Of a stretch of DNA of 64,000 bases, positions 1-9,618 are shown one piece after another (positions within the stretch are counted from its first letter, which is position 1; every line of letters begins with the position of its first letter). The position numbers and the translations under genes were made by a program. Source of the DNA: Longimicrobiales bacterium (lineage in GTDB: Bacteria > Gemmatimonadota > Gemmatimonadetes > Longimicrobiales > Gaopeijiaceae); the NCBI GenBank assembly GCA_965116905.1, contig OZ220732.1, positions 32,001 through 96,000 of the forward strand, in the 5' to 3' direction. The notes under the pieces were generated by a model. That model was not told the origin of the DNA, made no database searches, and saw only the letters and a list, made by a program, of their open reading frames with translations.

Positions 1-1
1 C

Positions 2-1921
2 ACCTCGCCCTCCGAGTACGCCCACCCCGTGTGGTCCCCCGACGGCTCCGAGATCGTGGTGACACGCGGAAGCGGCGCCGCCTCCCGCGCCCGGTCCGCC
101 ACGCAGAACCCCTACTGGGAACTGTGGCGGGTCCCGGCCGAAGGCGGATCACAGGAGCGCATCATGACGATCCCCGCCGGGGGCCCGGGCGGATTGCTCG
201 GCAACCGGCGCCAGATCACGCGGGCGTCGTTCGGACCGGGCGGGCGCATCCATTTCCCCGCAGGCCACGATGCGGGAGAAGGACAGGGCGCGATCGCCCT
301 CATGTCGGTGCGCGGTGACGGCTCGGATGCGCGGGTGCACGCGACCATCCCCTGGGGTGACGAGTTCGTGATCTCGCCGGACGGAGACCGCGTCGCCTTC
401 CAGGAGGGCGACAACGTGTTCTGGGCGCCGCTGCCACCCGGCGGAGCGGGCGGTGATCCCGTCGCGCTCAGGAAGAGGGGCGCACCGGTGCCGGTCACAC
501 AGCTCACCACCGAGGGCGGCCTGTACCCGCGCTGGCTCGACAACGACCGGCTCGAGTACGGGAGCGGGCAGCGCTTCTTCATCCACGACGCAAACGCCGG
601 CGAGACCGACACCATGTCCATCCGGCTCAGTGTCGACCGCGTCGTCCCCCAAGGCACCCTCGCGCTGACCAACGCGCGCGTCGTCACCCTGGACGACCGC
701 GCCGTCCACGAGAACGCCACCCTGCTCATCGAGGGCAGCCGGATCGCCTGCGTGGGCGATTGCGACATCTCCGGGGCCGACAGGACCATGGACATGACCG
801 GCAAGACCATCATCCCCGGCTTCATCGACATGCACGCCCACCACTACCGCGAGCACAAGGGCCTGATCCCGAAGCGCGACTTCGAGTCGGCCATCTACCT
901 GGCGTACGGCGTGACCGCGAACCTCGACAACTCGATGTGGTCGCAGAATGTCTTTGCCAGCGCCGAGATGATCCGCGCGGGCGCGGTGGTCGGGCCGCGC
1001 ACGTACTCCACGGGCGACCCCATGTACCGCGGCGACGCCGCCCGGCAGAACGAGATCTCCAGCTACGAGGTCGCCGAGCAGAACATCAACCGGTTGGCGT
1101 CGTGGGGGGCGACCGCGCTCAAGCAGTACCTGCAGCCGCGCCGCGACCAGCGCCAGTGGGTCTCCGACATCGCGCGCCGGAAGAACCTCATGGTCACCTC
1201 CGAGAACAACGACATCCCGTACACGATCGGGATGATGATGGACGGGCAGACCGGGTTCGAGCACCCCATGACGTACCTGCCGATGTACCGCGACCTCAGC
1301 ACCTTCCTGGGCCAGGCCGAGTCGACCTACTCGCCGACTTTCGTCGTGGGCGGCATCGGTCCCTGGAACGAGGAGTTCTTCTTCGCCGAGCAGGAGGTCT
1401 GGCTCGACCCGAAGCAGCGCGAATGGCTGCCGTGGCGCCAGGTCATTCCGCACATGCGCCGCCGCTGGGAGCGCCCCGACACCGACTACACGTACCCGCT
1501 CATCGCCCTGGGCATGATGGACGTGATCGAGGCCGGTGGCTGGGGGGCGATCGGCTCGCACGGACAGGCCCACGCCATCGCGTCGCACTGGGAGGTCTGG
1601 ATGGTAGAGGCCGCCGCCGGGCCCATGGCCGCGCTCGAAGTCGCGAGCCTCCACGGCGCCGTCTTCCTGGGCGCACAGCAGGACATCGGCTCGATCGAAG
1701 TCGGCAAACTGGCGGACGTGCTCGTGCTGAACTCGAACCCGCTCGACAACATCCGCAATACTACCGACATCATGTACGTGGTACAGGGCGGCATCGTGCG
1801 GGATGGACTCACCCTCGACGAGGTGTGGCCCAACCAGATGCCCTACGGCGAGCATTGGTGGGTGGACCCGGACGCGTGGCTGATGGACAACCGGCCGGTG
1901 GACTACTGGGACCGGAGGTAG
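2..1921 (+). CDS. Amidohydrolase family protein with N-terminal TolB/PD40-like beta-propeller repeats (5' truncated by window edge)
   Basis: WSPDG/ISPDG propeller motifs; PGFIDMHAH metal motif; GSIEVGKLADVLVL..NPL C-terminal motif; frame open to window start. Confidence 0.85.
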   Translation, partial: TSPSEYAHPVWSPDGSEIVVTRGSGAASRARSATQNPYWELWRVPAEGGSQERIMTIPAGGPGGLLGNRRQITRASFGPGGRIHFPAGHDAGEGQGAIALMSVRGDGSDARVHATIPWGDEFVISPDGDRVAFQEGDNVFWAPLPPGGAGGDPVALRKRGAPVPVTQLTTEGGLYPRWLDNDRLEYGSGQRFFIHDANAGETDTMSIRLSVDRVVPQGTLALTNARVVTLDDRAVHENATLLIEGSRIACVGDCDISGADRTMDMTGKTIIPGFIDMHAHHYREHKGLIPKRDFESAIYLAYGVTANLDNSMWSQNVFASAEMIRAGAVVGPRTYSTGDPMYRGDAARQNEISSYEVAEQNINRLASWGATALKQYLQPRRDQRQWVSDIARRKNLMVTSENNDIPYTIGMMMDGQTGFEHPMTYLPMYRDLSTFLGQAESTYSPTFVVGGIGPWNEEFFFAEQEVWLDPKQREWLPWRQVIPHMRRRWERPDTDYTYPLIALGMMDVIEAGGWGAIGSHGQAHAIASHWEVWMVEAAAGPMAALEVASLHGAVFLGAQQDIGSIEVGKLADVLVLNSNPLDNIRNTTDIMYVVQGGIVRDGLTLDEVWPNQMPYGEHWWVDPDAWLMDNRPVDYWDRR

Positions 1922-1922
1922 C

Positions 1923-3143
1923 TCAACCCTCCAGTCGGTTGTACTTCCGCAGCACCTCTCGCAACCGGTCGTGCGGGAGGGCGTGCACGGTCACGTCGTT
2001 CGCGCCCGTCATCGTCTCCGCCGCGACCAGCGCGTTGATGATCGCCTCCTCGGTCGCCTCGACCGTGCCTGTGAAGAGCGGGTTCAACCGCCCGTTGGCC
2101 AGCACCCGCGCGTCCGCCGCCGTCGCCCGCTCGGAAGCCGCCTCCTGATTCGCGGTCGAGAAGGCCATGAAGATGTCGCCCGAGCCGTTGGACGAAATGC
2201 TCCCGTTGCGGCCCAGTCCCAGCGATACCCGGCGCGCCATCCTCTCGAGCTGATGGGTCAGCACGGGAGCATCCGTCGCGACCACGACGATGATCGAACC
2301 GTCGCGGTCCGCCTCTCCCTCCACCCCCTCGAGCTGCTCCCCGCCAGGCCGTTCCGGCATGAGGTCCGCGATCTCCCGCCCCACCGGCACACCGGCCACG
2401 CGGAACAGGTCGCGGCTTCCGTAGTTGCACTGCACCAGCACGCCCACCGTGTAGGGCTCGCCCGCGACCTCCACCACCCGCGAGGACGTCCCGATCCCGC
2501 CCTTGAAGCGGTGGCAGATCATTCCCGTGCCGCCACCCACGTTCCCCTCGGCCACTGGTCCGCCGCGCGCCGCGTTCATCGCGGCAACCGCGTCTTCCTC
2601 GGTAACGTGTTGACCCCGGATGTCGTTGAGCGTCCCGTCCCAGGTCTCGCCCACGACCGGCAGCGCCGCGAGCCACCTGCCCTCACCCCGTTCGACGCCC
2701 TTCGCCACCCCCCACCGGATCACCGCATGATGCACGATCCCCACACTCAGCGTGTTCGTGATCATCACCGGACCCTCCAGGATGCCGGAATCGCGCACCC
2801 AGGTGGTGCCGGTCATCTCGCCGTCCCCGTTCAGCGTGAACCACGCCGCGTATACGGGGTCAGGCTCGGCCCGGCCGCGCGGCCACACCGCCGTAACCCC
2901 GGTCCGCACCGGGCCCTCGCCGATCACCAGCGGCCCACGTCCGCGAACGATCGTCGCGTGACCCACCTCGACGCCTTCGACATCGGTGATCGCGTTGAGC
3001 GCGCCGGGAGTGCCCTCGAAGGGGACTCCGAGGTCGCGTGCCCGCGGCTTCTGGGCGGACGCCGGAACAACCGCACACGCCAGCAGAAGCAACAACACGC
3101 TCCCGAAAACGCCACAAACTGGTAGATTTCTGGTTGTACTCAC
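1923..3143 (-). CDS. P1/S58 family peptidase (DmpA-like aminopeptidase), signal peptide; start uncertain
   Basis: RARDLG, NAITDVEGVEVGH, GPVRTGVTAV, EGNVGGGTGM, KGGIGTSSR, DGSIIVVVATDAP, NGSGDIF motifs. Confidence 0.9.
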   Translation of the reverse strand: MSTTRNLPVCGVFGSVLLLLLACAVVPASAQKPRARDLGVPFEGTPGALNAITDVEGVEVGHATIVRGRGPLVIGEGPVRTGVTAVWPRGRAEPDPVYAAWFTLNGDGEMTGTTWVRDSGILEGPVMITNTLSVGIVHHAVIRWGVAKGVERGEGRWLAALPVVGETWDGTLNDIRGQHVTEEDAVAAMNAARGGPVAEGNVGGGTGMICHRFKGGIGTSSRVVEVAGEPYTVGVLVQCNYGSRDLFRVAGVPVGREIADLMPERPGGEQLEGVEGEADRDGSIIVVVATDAPVLTHQLERMARRVSLGLGRNGSISSNGSGDIFMAFSTANQEAASERATAADARVLANGRLNPLFTGTVEATEEAIINALVAAETMTGANDVTVHALPHDRLREVLRKYNRLEG

Positions 3144-3186
3144 TTTGCGTTCACTTTCTGCTGGATCCCTGGAGTCCGCGATTGGC

Positions 3187-3594
3187 ATGACCACTATGAA
3201 TTGGGGCCGCAACCGTCAAGAGAAAGCGATGGTGGCCGCCGCGATGACGGCCGCCCACTACCTTGCTGCCGCCCTCCAGGCCGGCATGAGCCGGACGGCA
3301 ATCGAGACGGCGCTCGCGGCAGTGGTGCGCCGGTCCGGGATGTCCGAGTTCTGGATCACGGACGAAACCGGTCGCATCGTGTTCGGCTCGGAACCCATGG
3401 ACTTCGTGTTCCCCAGCGATCCCGACGGGGACAGCCAGGGAGCGCCGTTCGCGGCTCTACTGCAGGGGACTACGGACGTTGTGATCCAGGATCCGCAACC
3501 TCGCGAACTCGATGGCAAGGTCTTCCAGTATGTGGGTGTTGCGGGTGTGGACTGTCCACGAATCGTGCAGGTGGGCGTGGCCGACGGGGCTTGA
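3187..3594 (+). CDS. Stand-alone Cache/PDC-like sensor domain protein
   Basis: 135 aa; EFWITDETGRIVF...DGKVFQYVGVAGVDCPRIVQVG resembles chemoreceptor ligand-binding domains; no TM or output domain. Confidence 0.55.
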   Translation: MTTMNWGRNRQEKAMVAAAMTAAHYLAAALQAGMSRTAIETALAAVVRRSGMSEFWITDETGRIVFGSEPMDFVFPSDPDGDSQGAPFAALLQGTTDVVIQDPQPRELDGKVFQYVGVAGVDCPRIVQVGVADGA

Positions 3595-3642
3595 CCCGTC
3601 TCACGCTGGTCCGGAAGTGCGATCAGCGCCCGCCCCCCAACC

Positions 3643-4557
3643 TCATCCGACCCAGCCGCGCATCGCGACCGATCCCGCAGGGTCCAGCGCTTCGACGACG
3701 CACTCCACAGGAGGTGACGCGCCACCGCCCGGGCCGGCCTCACCTGCGTCCGGCACCGGCGCCGACACCGGCCGACCCACCAGCGTGATCGGCTCATCGA
3801 CAAACAGCGGCGCCAGCGCGCGATAGCGGAAGCTGGAGACCGCGGCCTCGCAGTGCCGCCCGGCCGCATCGAGGAGCAGAAGCGCCGTCAGCGGGCCGTG
3901 CACAAGCAGTCCGCGATAGCCTTCCTTGCCGGTCACGTACGGCTGGTCGTAGTGGATGCGGTGGCCGTTGTAGGTCAGTGCCGAGAACTGGAAAAGCGTG
4001 ACCGGAGTGGGGACGAAAGTCTCGGTCCACGCGGCGGCAGGCGGCGTGCCGGGCGGGGCAACCGGCCGGGGCGGGACAGCCGGCCGGCGCGGGCCAGCCG
4101 GCCGGGGCGAAGCAGCCTCCCGGTAGACCATCACCTGCTTCTCCTCCACGCACGCGTGGCCGTCCTGCAGCAACGTGTGGTCCACCGTGACGAAGACGAG
4201 GCGGCCGCTCTTTCCCCTCTTCTCCTCCACCTCACGGACGCCGGACCGAAGTTCCGCGCGTGCTCCAATCCGCACCGGCCGAAGAGCACGCAACGTGCCC
4301 CCCGCCCACATCCGCCGCGGAAGGTCTATTTCGGGCATGAAGGTGCCCCGCCGCTCGTGTCCATCCGGACCGAGACCGGACGCGCGCACGGGATTCCTGA
4401 AGTGGAGCCAGTGCCACCCGAGCGGCAGCGGATCTCCTTCGGCGAGCGTTCCAGGGTCTCTGTCGAGAAGGGCGGCCATGGCCTGCGACGGCCAGGGCCC
4501 CAGGATGTCCGTCCGGACCGTCGTGCGGTGCGCCTGCGGGATGTGCGACTCCGTCAC
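3643..4557 (-). CDS. MaoC/FAS1-like double hotdog hydratase (itaconyl-CoA/mesaconyl-C4-CoA hydratase-like)
   Basis: LPLGWHWLHF, GPDGH, PRRMWAGG, LFQFSALTYNGHRIHYD, LLVHGPL; GTGA overlap with upstream gene. Confidence 0.85.
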   Translation of the reverse strand: MTESHIPQAHRTTVRTDILGPWPSQAMAALLDRDPGTLAEGDPLPLGWHWLHFRNPVRASGLGPDGHERRGTFMPEIDLPRRMWAGGTLRALRPVRIGARAELRSGVREVEEKRGKSGRLVFVTVDHTLLQDGHACVEEKQVMVYREAASPRPAGPRRPAVPPRPVAPPGTPPAAAWTETFVPTPVTLFQFSALTYNGHRIHYDQPYVTGKEGYRGLLVHGPLTALLLLDAAGRHCEAAVSSFRYRALAPLFVDEPITLVGRPVSAPVPDAGEAGPGGGASPPVECVVEALDPAGSVAMRGWVG

Positions 4558-5459
4558 GGCCTCGCTCCAGAGCGCGGAGGTCCCGCCCGCGCAAGGACCC
4601 GCCGCGCCGCCTCGACCACCGGCCGGTCCACCATCCTGCCGTCGAGAGACACGGCGCCTCCGCCTGCGGCGCGGTCCGCCTCGACGATCCTGCGGGCCTG
4701 CTCCACCTCCTCGGGCGAGGGCGTGAAGACATCGTGAATGACCGGGATCTGCGCGGGATGGATCGCCACCTTGCCAGTCATTCCGAGCCGGAGGGCGTTC
4801 TCGGCCTCGGCGCGCAGGCGCGACACGTCGCGAAAGTCGCGCGACGGCATGTCGATCGTGTCCAGTCCGCTCAGGGCCGCCGCGTGCACCACCCGGGAGC
4901 GCGCGTAGAGGAGCGGCTCCCATTCGGGTTCGGCGCCCAGCTCGGCGGAAAGATCGAAGCCGCCGAACATGAGCGCTGCGACCGCGGGAGACGCCGCACC
5001 GATCTGCGCCGCGTTCTCCAGTCCGGCGGCAGTCTCGATGATGGGGAACAGGGGGATGTCGTCGCCCAGGAGCCGTTGGGCGCTCCGGATCGTGTCCGCG
5101 CCCGTGACCTTCGGGATCATGAGCGCGTCGGGCCTCGGGACACCGGCCAGCGCCTCCGCATCCAGCCGGCCCCCCTCCGAGTCCGGGTCGTTGACGCGCA
5201 CGATCACGGGCGGCCGGCGCCCGCGGCCCGGGTCGGCACCGGTCACGGCCGGTCCCTCCCATCTCGCGAGGAAAGCGGCCACCGCGTCCCGCGCGCCCGC
5301 CTTCGCCGCCGGTCCGACCGCGTCCTCCAGGTCGACGCAGACCGCGTCGGCCCCCGCAACCATGGCCTTGTCGCATCGGTCCGGCCGGTCGCCCGGCACG
5401 AAGAGGACGGACCTGCAGGGCGGGAACAGCCGTCGCGGCCCGGACATCCGCTCCGCCAT
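4554..5459 (-). CDS. CitE/HpcH-HpaI family CoA-ester lyase (citramalyl/malyl-CoA lyase-like)
   Basis: RSVLFVPGDRPDR, VDLEDAV, IIETAAG, FGGFDL, GKVAIHPAQI, LDGRMVDRP. Confidence 0.88.
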   Translation of the reverse strand: MAERMSGPRRLFPPCRSVLFVPGDRPDRCDKAMVAGADAVCVDLEDAVGPAAKAGARDAVAAFLARWEGPAVTGADPGRGRRPPVIVRVNDPDSEGGRLDAEALAGVPRPDALMIPKVTGADTIRSAQRLLGDDIPLFPIIETAAGLENAAQIGAASPAVAALMFGGFDLSAELGAEPEWEPLLYARSRVVHAAALSGLDTIDMPSRDFRDVSRLRAEAENALRLGMTGKVAIHPAQIPVIHDVFTPSPEEVEQARRIVEADRAAGGGAVSLDGRMVDRPVVEAARRVLARAGPPRSGARP

Positions 5460-6610
5460 CAGAACGACCTCGGCATGCCGAGCACATGCGTCGCCACATG
5501 GCTGAGCACGAGGTTGTTCGCGACGGGCGCCACCATGTAGAGCCGCGCCTCGCGAAACTTCCGCTCGATTCCGTACTCCGACGCCATGCCCCACCCGCCG
5601 AACGTGTCCATGGCTACATTGGCCGCCTTCCAGGCCGCCCGGGACGCCAGGTACTTCGCCATGTTGGGACCGTGGCCCCGGGTCTCGCCGGCGTCGTACT
5701 CGCGCGCCGCCTCGTTGCGGACGGCCGCCGCCGCGCGCACGTCCATGTACGCGTCCGCGATCGGGAACTGCACCCCCTGGTTCTCGCCGATCGCCCGGCC
5801 GAAGACCTTGCGGGCGCTCGCATAGTCCGATGCGCGGTCGACGAAGTACAGGCCGTCGCCGACGGATTCGGACGCCAGCAGAATGCGCTCAGCGTTCATC
5901 CCGGACATGATGTAGCGGAACCCCCTGCCCTCCTCGCCGATCCGGTTCGCTGCCGGGACCTTCAGGCCGTCGAAGAAGACCTCGCAGCTCTCGTGGTTGA
6001 TCATCGTGTCGATGGGGCCGACGCGCACCCGGTCCCCGGCATCGCGCAGGTCGACGATGAACACCGAGAGCCCGGCGGTCCGCTTCTCGACTTCGGCAAG
6101 CGGCGTGGTGCGGGCCAGCAGGACCATCAGGTCGGACTGGCGCACCCGCGAGATGAACACCTTCTGCCCCCGAACCACGTACGTGTCCCCCCGGCGCTCG
6201 GCGAAGGTGCGGATGCGCGTCGTGTCGGACCCGGCGTCCGGCTCGGTGACCGCGAACGCCTGCAGGCGCAGCTCGCCCGCCGCGATCCCGGGCAGCCAGC
6301 GCCGCTTCTGCTCGTCGGAGCCGTGCCGCAGCAGCGTGCCCATCGTGTACATCTGCGCGTGGCAGGCCCCGGAGTTCGCGCCCGAACGGTTGATCTCCTC
6401 GAGAATCACGCACGCCTCCCGCACCCCGAGCCCCATCCCGCCGTACTCCTCGGGGATCAGGCACGCCAGGTAGCCGGCCTCGGTCAGCGCGTCGACGAAC
6501 TCGTGCGGGTAGGCGCGCTCGTCATCGGCGGCCTGCCAGTAGTCGTTGCCGAAGTCGGCGCAGAGGGCCCGGACGGCGGTCCGGAGCTGGTCCTGTAGGG
6601 GATCGCTCAA
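5459..6610 (-). CDS. Acyl-CoA dehydrogenase
   Basis: IPEEYGGMG, CHAQMYTMG, FAVTEPDAGSD, GQKVFISR, RKVFGRAIGENQGVQF, FGGWG; TTGA overlap start. Confidence 0.92.
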   Translation of the reverse strand: MSDPLQDQLRTAVRALCADFGNDYWQAADDERAYPHEFVDALTEAGYLACLIPEEYGGMGLGVREACVILEEINRSGANSGACHAQMYTMGTLLRHGSDEQKRRWLPGIAAGELRLQAFAVTEPDAGSDTTRIRTFAERRGDTYVVRGQKVFISRVRQSDLMVLLARTTPLAEVEKRTAGLSVFIVDLRDAGDRVRVGPIDTMINHESCEVFFDGLKVPAANRIGEEGRGFRYIMSGMNAERILLASESVGDGLYFVDRASDYASARKVFGRAIGENQGVQFPIADAYMDVRAAAAVRNEAAREYDAGETRGHGPNMAKYLASRAAWKAANVAMDTFGGWGMASEYGIERKFREARLYMVAPVANNLVLSHVATHVLGMPRSF

Positions 6611-7950
6611 TGTCCCATCGAGTGCATGTCGCGCCCGCCCATCACGTGCTTGATCACGCGGCCTCCCTGCATCACGAACCGCACGTCCTTCGTCACCTCG
6701 ATGTCGTCGAGCGGGTCGCCGGGCACGGCGATGATGTCGGCCAGCATCCCCTCCGCCAGACGGCCCCGGTCGGGCGTGCCCAGCAGGTCGGCGGCGTGGA
6801 TCGTCGCGGTGCGGAGCGCGTCCAGCTCGCTCATCCCCAGCTGCACGTAGATCCCGAACTCGCCCGCGTTCTCGCCGTGCGGGAACACGCCCGCATCGGT
6901 GCCGAACGCAATCGGCACGCCCCGTTCGATCGCGCGCCGCAGGCTCACCCGCATGACCGGCAGGATCTCCTCGGCCTTGCCGCGCACCAGGGCCGGCAGC
7001 GCATCGAGGTCGATCCGGTCGGCGAGATACGTGGTTGGGACAAGGTACGTACCCTTCTCGATCATCAGGTCGATGATCTCGTCGGTCAGGACCGAGCCGT
7101 GCTCGATCGAGGCCACCCCGGCCTGGACGGCCGCCAGAATCCCCTCGGAGCCGTGCGCGTGGGCGGCGACCTTGATCCCGTGACGCGCCGCCTCGTCCAC
7201 CATGGCCGTCAGCTCCTCCAGCGTGTACTGCTGCGCGCCGACCGGCCCCTCCATGGACAGCACGCCCGCCGTCGCGCACGTCTTGATCACCTTCGCCCCG
7301 TGCTTGATCTGGTAGCGGACCGCCTCGACGACCTCCCAGGGTCCGTCCGCGACGCCCTCCTCAGTCCCTCCTTCACGCACGCCGGGCGCAAACCCCGTCA
7401 CGTCGCAGTGACCGCCCGTAATGCCAAGCGGGTGGCGCGAAGGCACGACCCGCGGCCCGACGATGTGCCCGCTCTCGACCGCGTGCCCCAGCTCGACCGT
7501 GACGTCGCCGCCGTAGTCGCGCACCGTCGTGAATCCCGCGCGCACGGTCCGCCCGCCGTACACGACCGCGTTGTAGGCGCCCCACGCCTCCGTCCGCGTA
7601 ACCGCGTCGGTGAACGAAGTCGCGCTGATCTGTCCGGCAAGGTGCGTGTGCGCGTCGATGAACCCGGGCAGCAGCGTCACGTCGCCCAGGTCCATGTCGT
7701 GCATCGCGTTGGGCACGGTCTCCGGATTTACCGCCGTGATCAGGCCGTCCTCGACGACGAGCACGGCGTCCGCGTGCATCTCGCCCGTCTCCACATCGAG
7801 CATGCGCGCGGCGCGCAGCACGGTGGGTCCGTCGTACATGCCGTGGTGCATCGCATGGCCCCCCTCCTGTGCGGCGACGGGGTTGTTGGGAGCGAGGGCG
7901 GCGGGGGCCACGAGGGCCATGGCCAGTGTGACGATCGTCGGGATTCTCAT
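6607..7950 (-). CDS. Secreted amidohydrolase (Xaa-Pro dipeptidase-like)
   Basis: Signal peptide; PGFIDAHTH, TGGHCD, VAAHAHG, SIEHG, FGTDAG, LADIIAVPGDPL. Confidence 0.88.
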   Translation of the reverse strand: MRIPTIVTLAMALVAPAALAPNNPVAAQEGGHAMHHGMYDGPTVLRAARMLDVETGEMHADAVLVVEDGLITAVNPETVPNAMHDMDLGDVTLLPGFIDAHTHLAGQISATSFTDAVTRTEAWGAYNAVVYGGRTVRAGFTTVRDYGGDVTVELGHAVESGHIVGPRVVPSRHPLGITGGHCDVTGFAPGVREGGTEEGVADGPWEVVEAVRYQIKHGAKVIKTCATAGVLSMEGPVGAQQYTLEELTAMVDEAARHGIKVAAHAHGSEGILAAVQAGVASIEHGSVLTDEIIDLMIEKGTYLVPTTYLADRIDLDALPALVRGKAEEILPVMRVSLRRAIERGVPIAFGTDAGVFPHGENAGEFGIYVQLGMSELDALRTATIHAADLLGTPDRGRLAEGMLADIIAVPGDPLDDIEVTKDVRFVMQGGRVIKHVMGGRDMHSMGH

Positions 7951-8142
7951 GCTTGTGCGCCTGCTGGATGCTGATGACGTGGATTCGGTGGCCGAGGCAG
8001 TCTCATGGCCTCGGGTGGCCGCGCCGCGACCGGGGACTGCCCGCCGGCCGGTCACGGCCAACCGGAATGCGGAATTGATCCGATCCGGACAGGGGACGCA
8101 ACCCGTGATCCGCCGCGCCCGGGCCCCCGCCCCGGGGACGCG

Positions 8143-8709
8143 CTACCCCTCGTCCTCCAGCCGTTCCACGCTCTCCGCGTACATCGAGGACTTCTCCAGC
8201 ACCGGGTTCGCGTTGTACGCCTCGGACTGCCCCGGCGGAATGCTCAGGTACTCCCAGTCCTCGCCCCGGAAGGATCTGGCCAACAGGACGATCTGTCCCA
8301 CGTGGTAGGCGAGGTGGGCCAGCGACCGCAGCAGCGCCTCGTCGACCCGGAACGGGACGCCCCTGATGGTGATCGGCGCGGCGAGATCGTCGTCGGTCAG
8401 CTCCGCCAGCGCGCCCAGAAGCACCCGCCACCCGCGTTCCCACTTCCCGGTGACCTCCGCGGGAGACACACCGCGCGGCTCGAACTCGGAGTCCCGGTTG
8501 CGCCACGGCTTCTCGCCGTCCGTCGTCAGCAGATCGGTGAACTTCGACTCGAGGTTGCCGGCCACGTGCCACACGATGATCGCGACCGAGTTGCCGTCAT
8601 CGCCGCGGACGTTCAGCTCCTCGGGGCGAACCTGCCGCAGGGCGCGCTCGCCCAGGAGCTTGTAGCGCACGAATTCGGCTTCGTAGAGGGGGAGGAGGGT
8701 ACGGGTCAT
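8143..8709 (-). CDS. DinB/DUF1572 family protein
   Basis: NSVAIIVWHVAGN, TTDGEKPWRNRDSEF, HLAYHVGQIV. Confidence 0.85.
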   Translation of the reverse strand: MTRTLLPLYEAEFVRYKLLGERALRQVRPEELNVRGDDGNSVAIIVWHVAGNLESKFTDLLTTDGEKPWRNRDSEFEPRGVSPAEVTGKWERGWRVLLGALAELTDDDLAAPITIRGVPFRVDEALLRSLAHLAYHVGQIVLLARSFRGEDWEYLSIPPGQSEAYNANPVLEKSSMYAESVERLEDEG

Positions 8710-8713
8710 CGTG

Positions 8714-9118
8714 CTACGCCAGTTCCACGCGCTCGATCCCCTCGATCCGGTCGAAGCCGCGGTCGAAGGTCGCGATCGCCGTCACACGCCGGTTGATCAT
8801 GACCCCGGCGTGCACGGCGTCGCGCGCGGAGAGGCCCGGCGTGGAGAGCAGGATCTTCTTCGCCAGGTCGGTGTCGGCCAGGGTGACCTCGAAGATCTCC
8901 GGGATGAGCGCGACGAAAAGGTCGTACACCTGGTCGGCCAGTTCGGGCCTCCCCAGCACCGTGTACCGATAGAGGATCTCCTGCAGCACCTCGGTGCTCG
9001 TGCACAGTTCGAATCCCTCGTCCGCGGCACTCTCCATGAAGCGTGTCGCCGGACCCTTGTTCGGGTGTTCGGCCCCGGCGACGTACATCGGGATGTTGGA
9101 ATCGACGAATACCCTCAC
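8714..9118 (-). CDS. vapC: VapC PIN-domain toxin
   Basis: VFVDSNIPMY, EVLQEILY, ARDAVHA, TFDRGF; GTGA overlap with antitoxin. Confidence 0.9.
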   Translation of the reverse strand: MRVFVDSNIPMYVAGAEHPNKGPATRFMESAADEGFELCTSTEVLQEILYRYTVLGRPELADQVYDLFVALIPEIFEVTLADTDLAKKILLSTPGLSARDAVHAGVMINRRVTAIATFDRGFDRIEGIERVELA

Positions 9119-9351
9119 GAGCGTCCCGCCTCGATCTCGCTGATCATGGCGCAGATGTCGGCTGTGGGCCCGTTCAGCTTTCGGAGTTCGCCGAGAGGGT
9201 CCCGGATGGCCGGACCGGCCTCCCGTTCGAGCCTCTCTTCGATGGCGCTGCGCACCCACGCGCCCCTGGAGACCTGAGCGCGCTCCGCGGCCCTGCGCAG
9301 GCGACTGTCGAGACGGGGGGGAATCAGAACTTGCAGGCGATATGATGGCAT
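9115..9351 (-). CDS. CopG/RHH antitoxin
   Basis: RLQVLIP...LRRAAERAQVSRGAWVRSAIEE ribbon-helix-helix pattern; directly upstream of and overlapping vapC. Confidence 0.8.
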   Translation of the reverse strand: MPSYRLQVLIPPRLDSRLRRAAERAQVSRGAWVRSAIEERLEREAGPAIRDPLGELRKLNGPTADICAMISEIEAGRS

Positions 9352-9397
9352 CGGTGCGCTCCGAGGTGTGGTGCGTTGGCCTGAGCGACGGCAAAGC

Positions 9398-9420
9398 ATA
9401 CTCATATGAGTATATACTCA
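9398..9420. promoter_or_regulatory. Putative antitoxin operator (overlapping palindromes)
   Basis: ATACTCATATGAGTAT (9398-9413) and TGAGTATATACTCA (9407-9420), ~50 bp upstream of the antitoxin start. Confidence 0.65.
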
Positions 9421-9618
9421 CAATTGTGCGAGAGGATGCCACAATGAGTGAGAAACGAGGGTTTTCCCAACGCTGGGGTCACCTGGAGGCGTACGCGCTG
9501 GACCTGGTCGCAACAATGACGTTCTCCGCGGTCACGGGAGAGGGAGCCTCAAGTGCGACGTGGGCGGAGTTCCCCGTCGCCGTAGGCGTGCGCCCCCGGC
9601 AATAGCCTCGACGGAACC

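Noticed and set aside
3643..7279. Apparent long N-terminal extensions or fusions in ORF-track entries 3643-5499, 5459-7279 (and 59177-60772, 19151-20119)
   Set aside because: Extensions overlap neighbouring genes or are low-complexity; overlap-type or downstream starts give normal family lengths.
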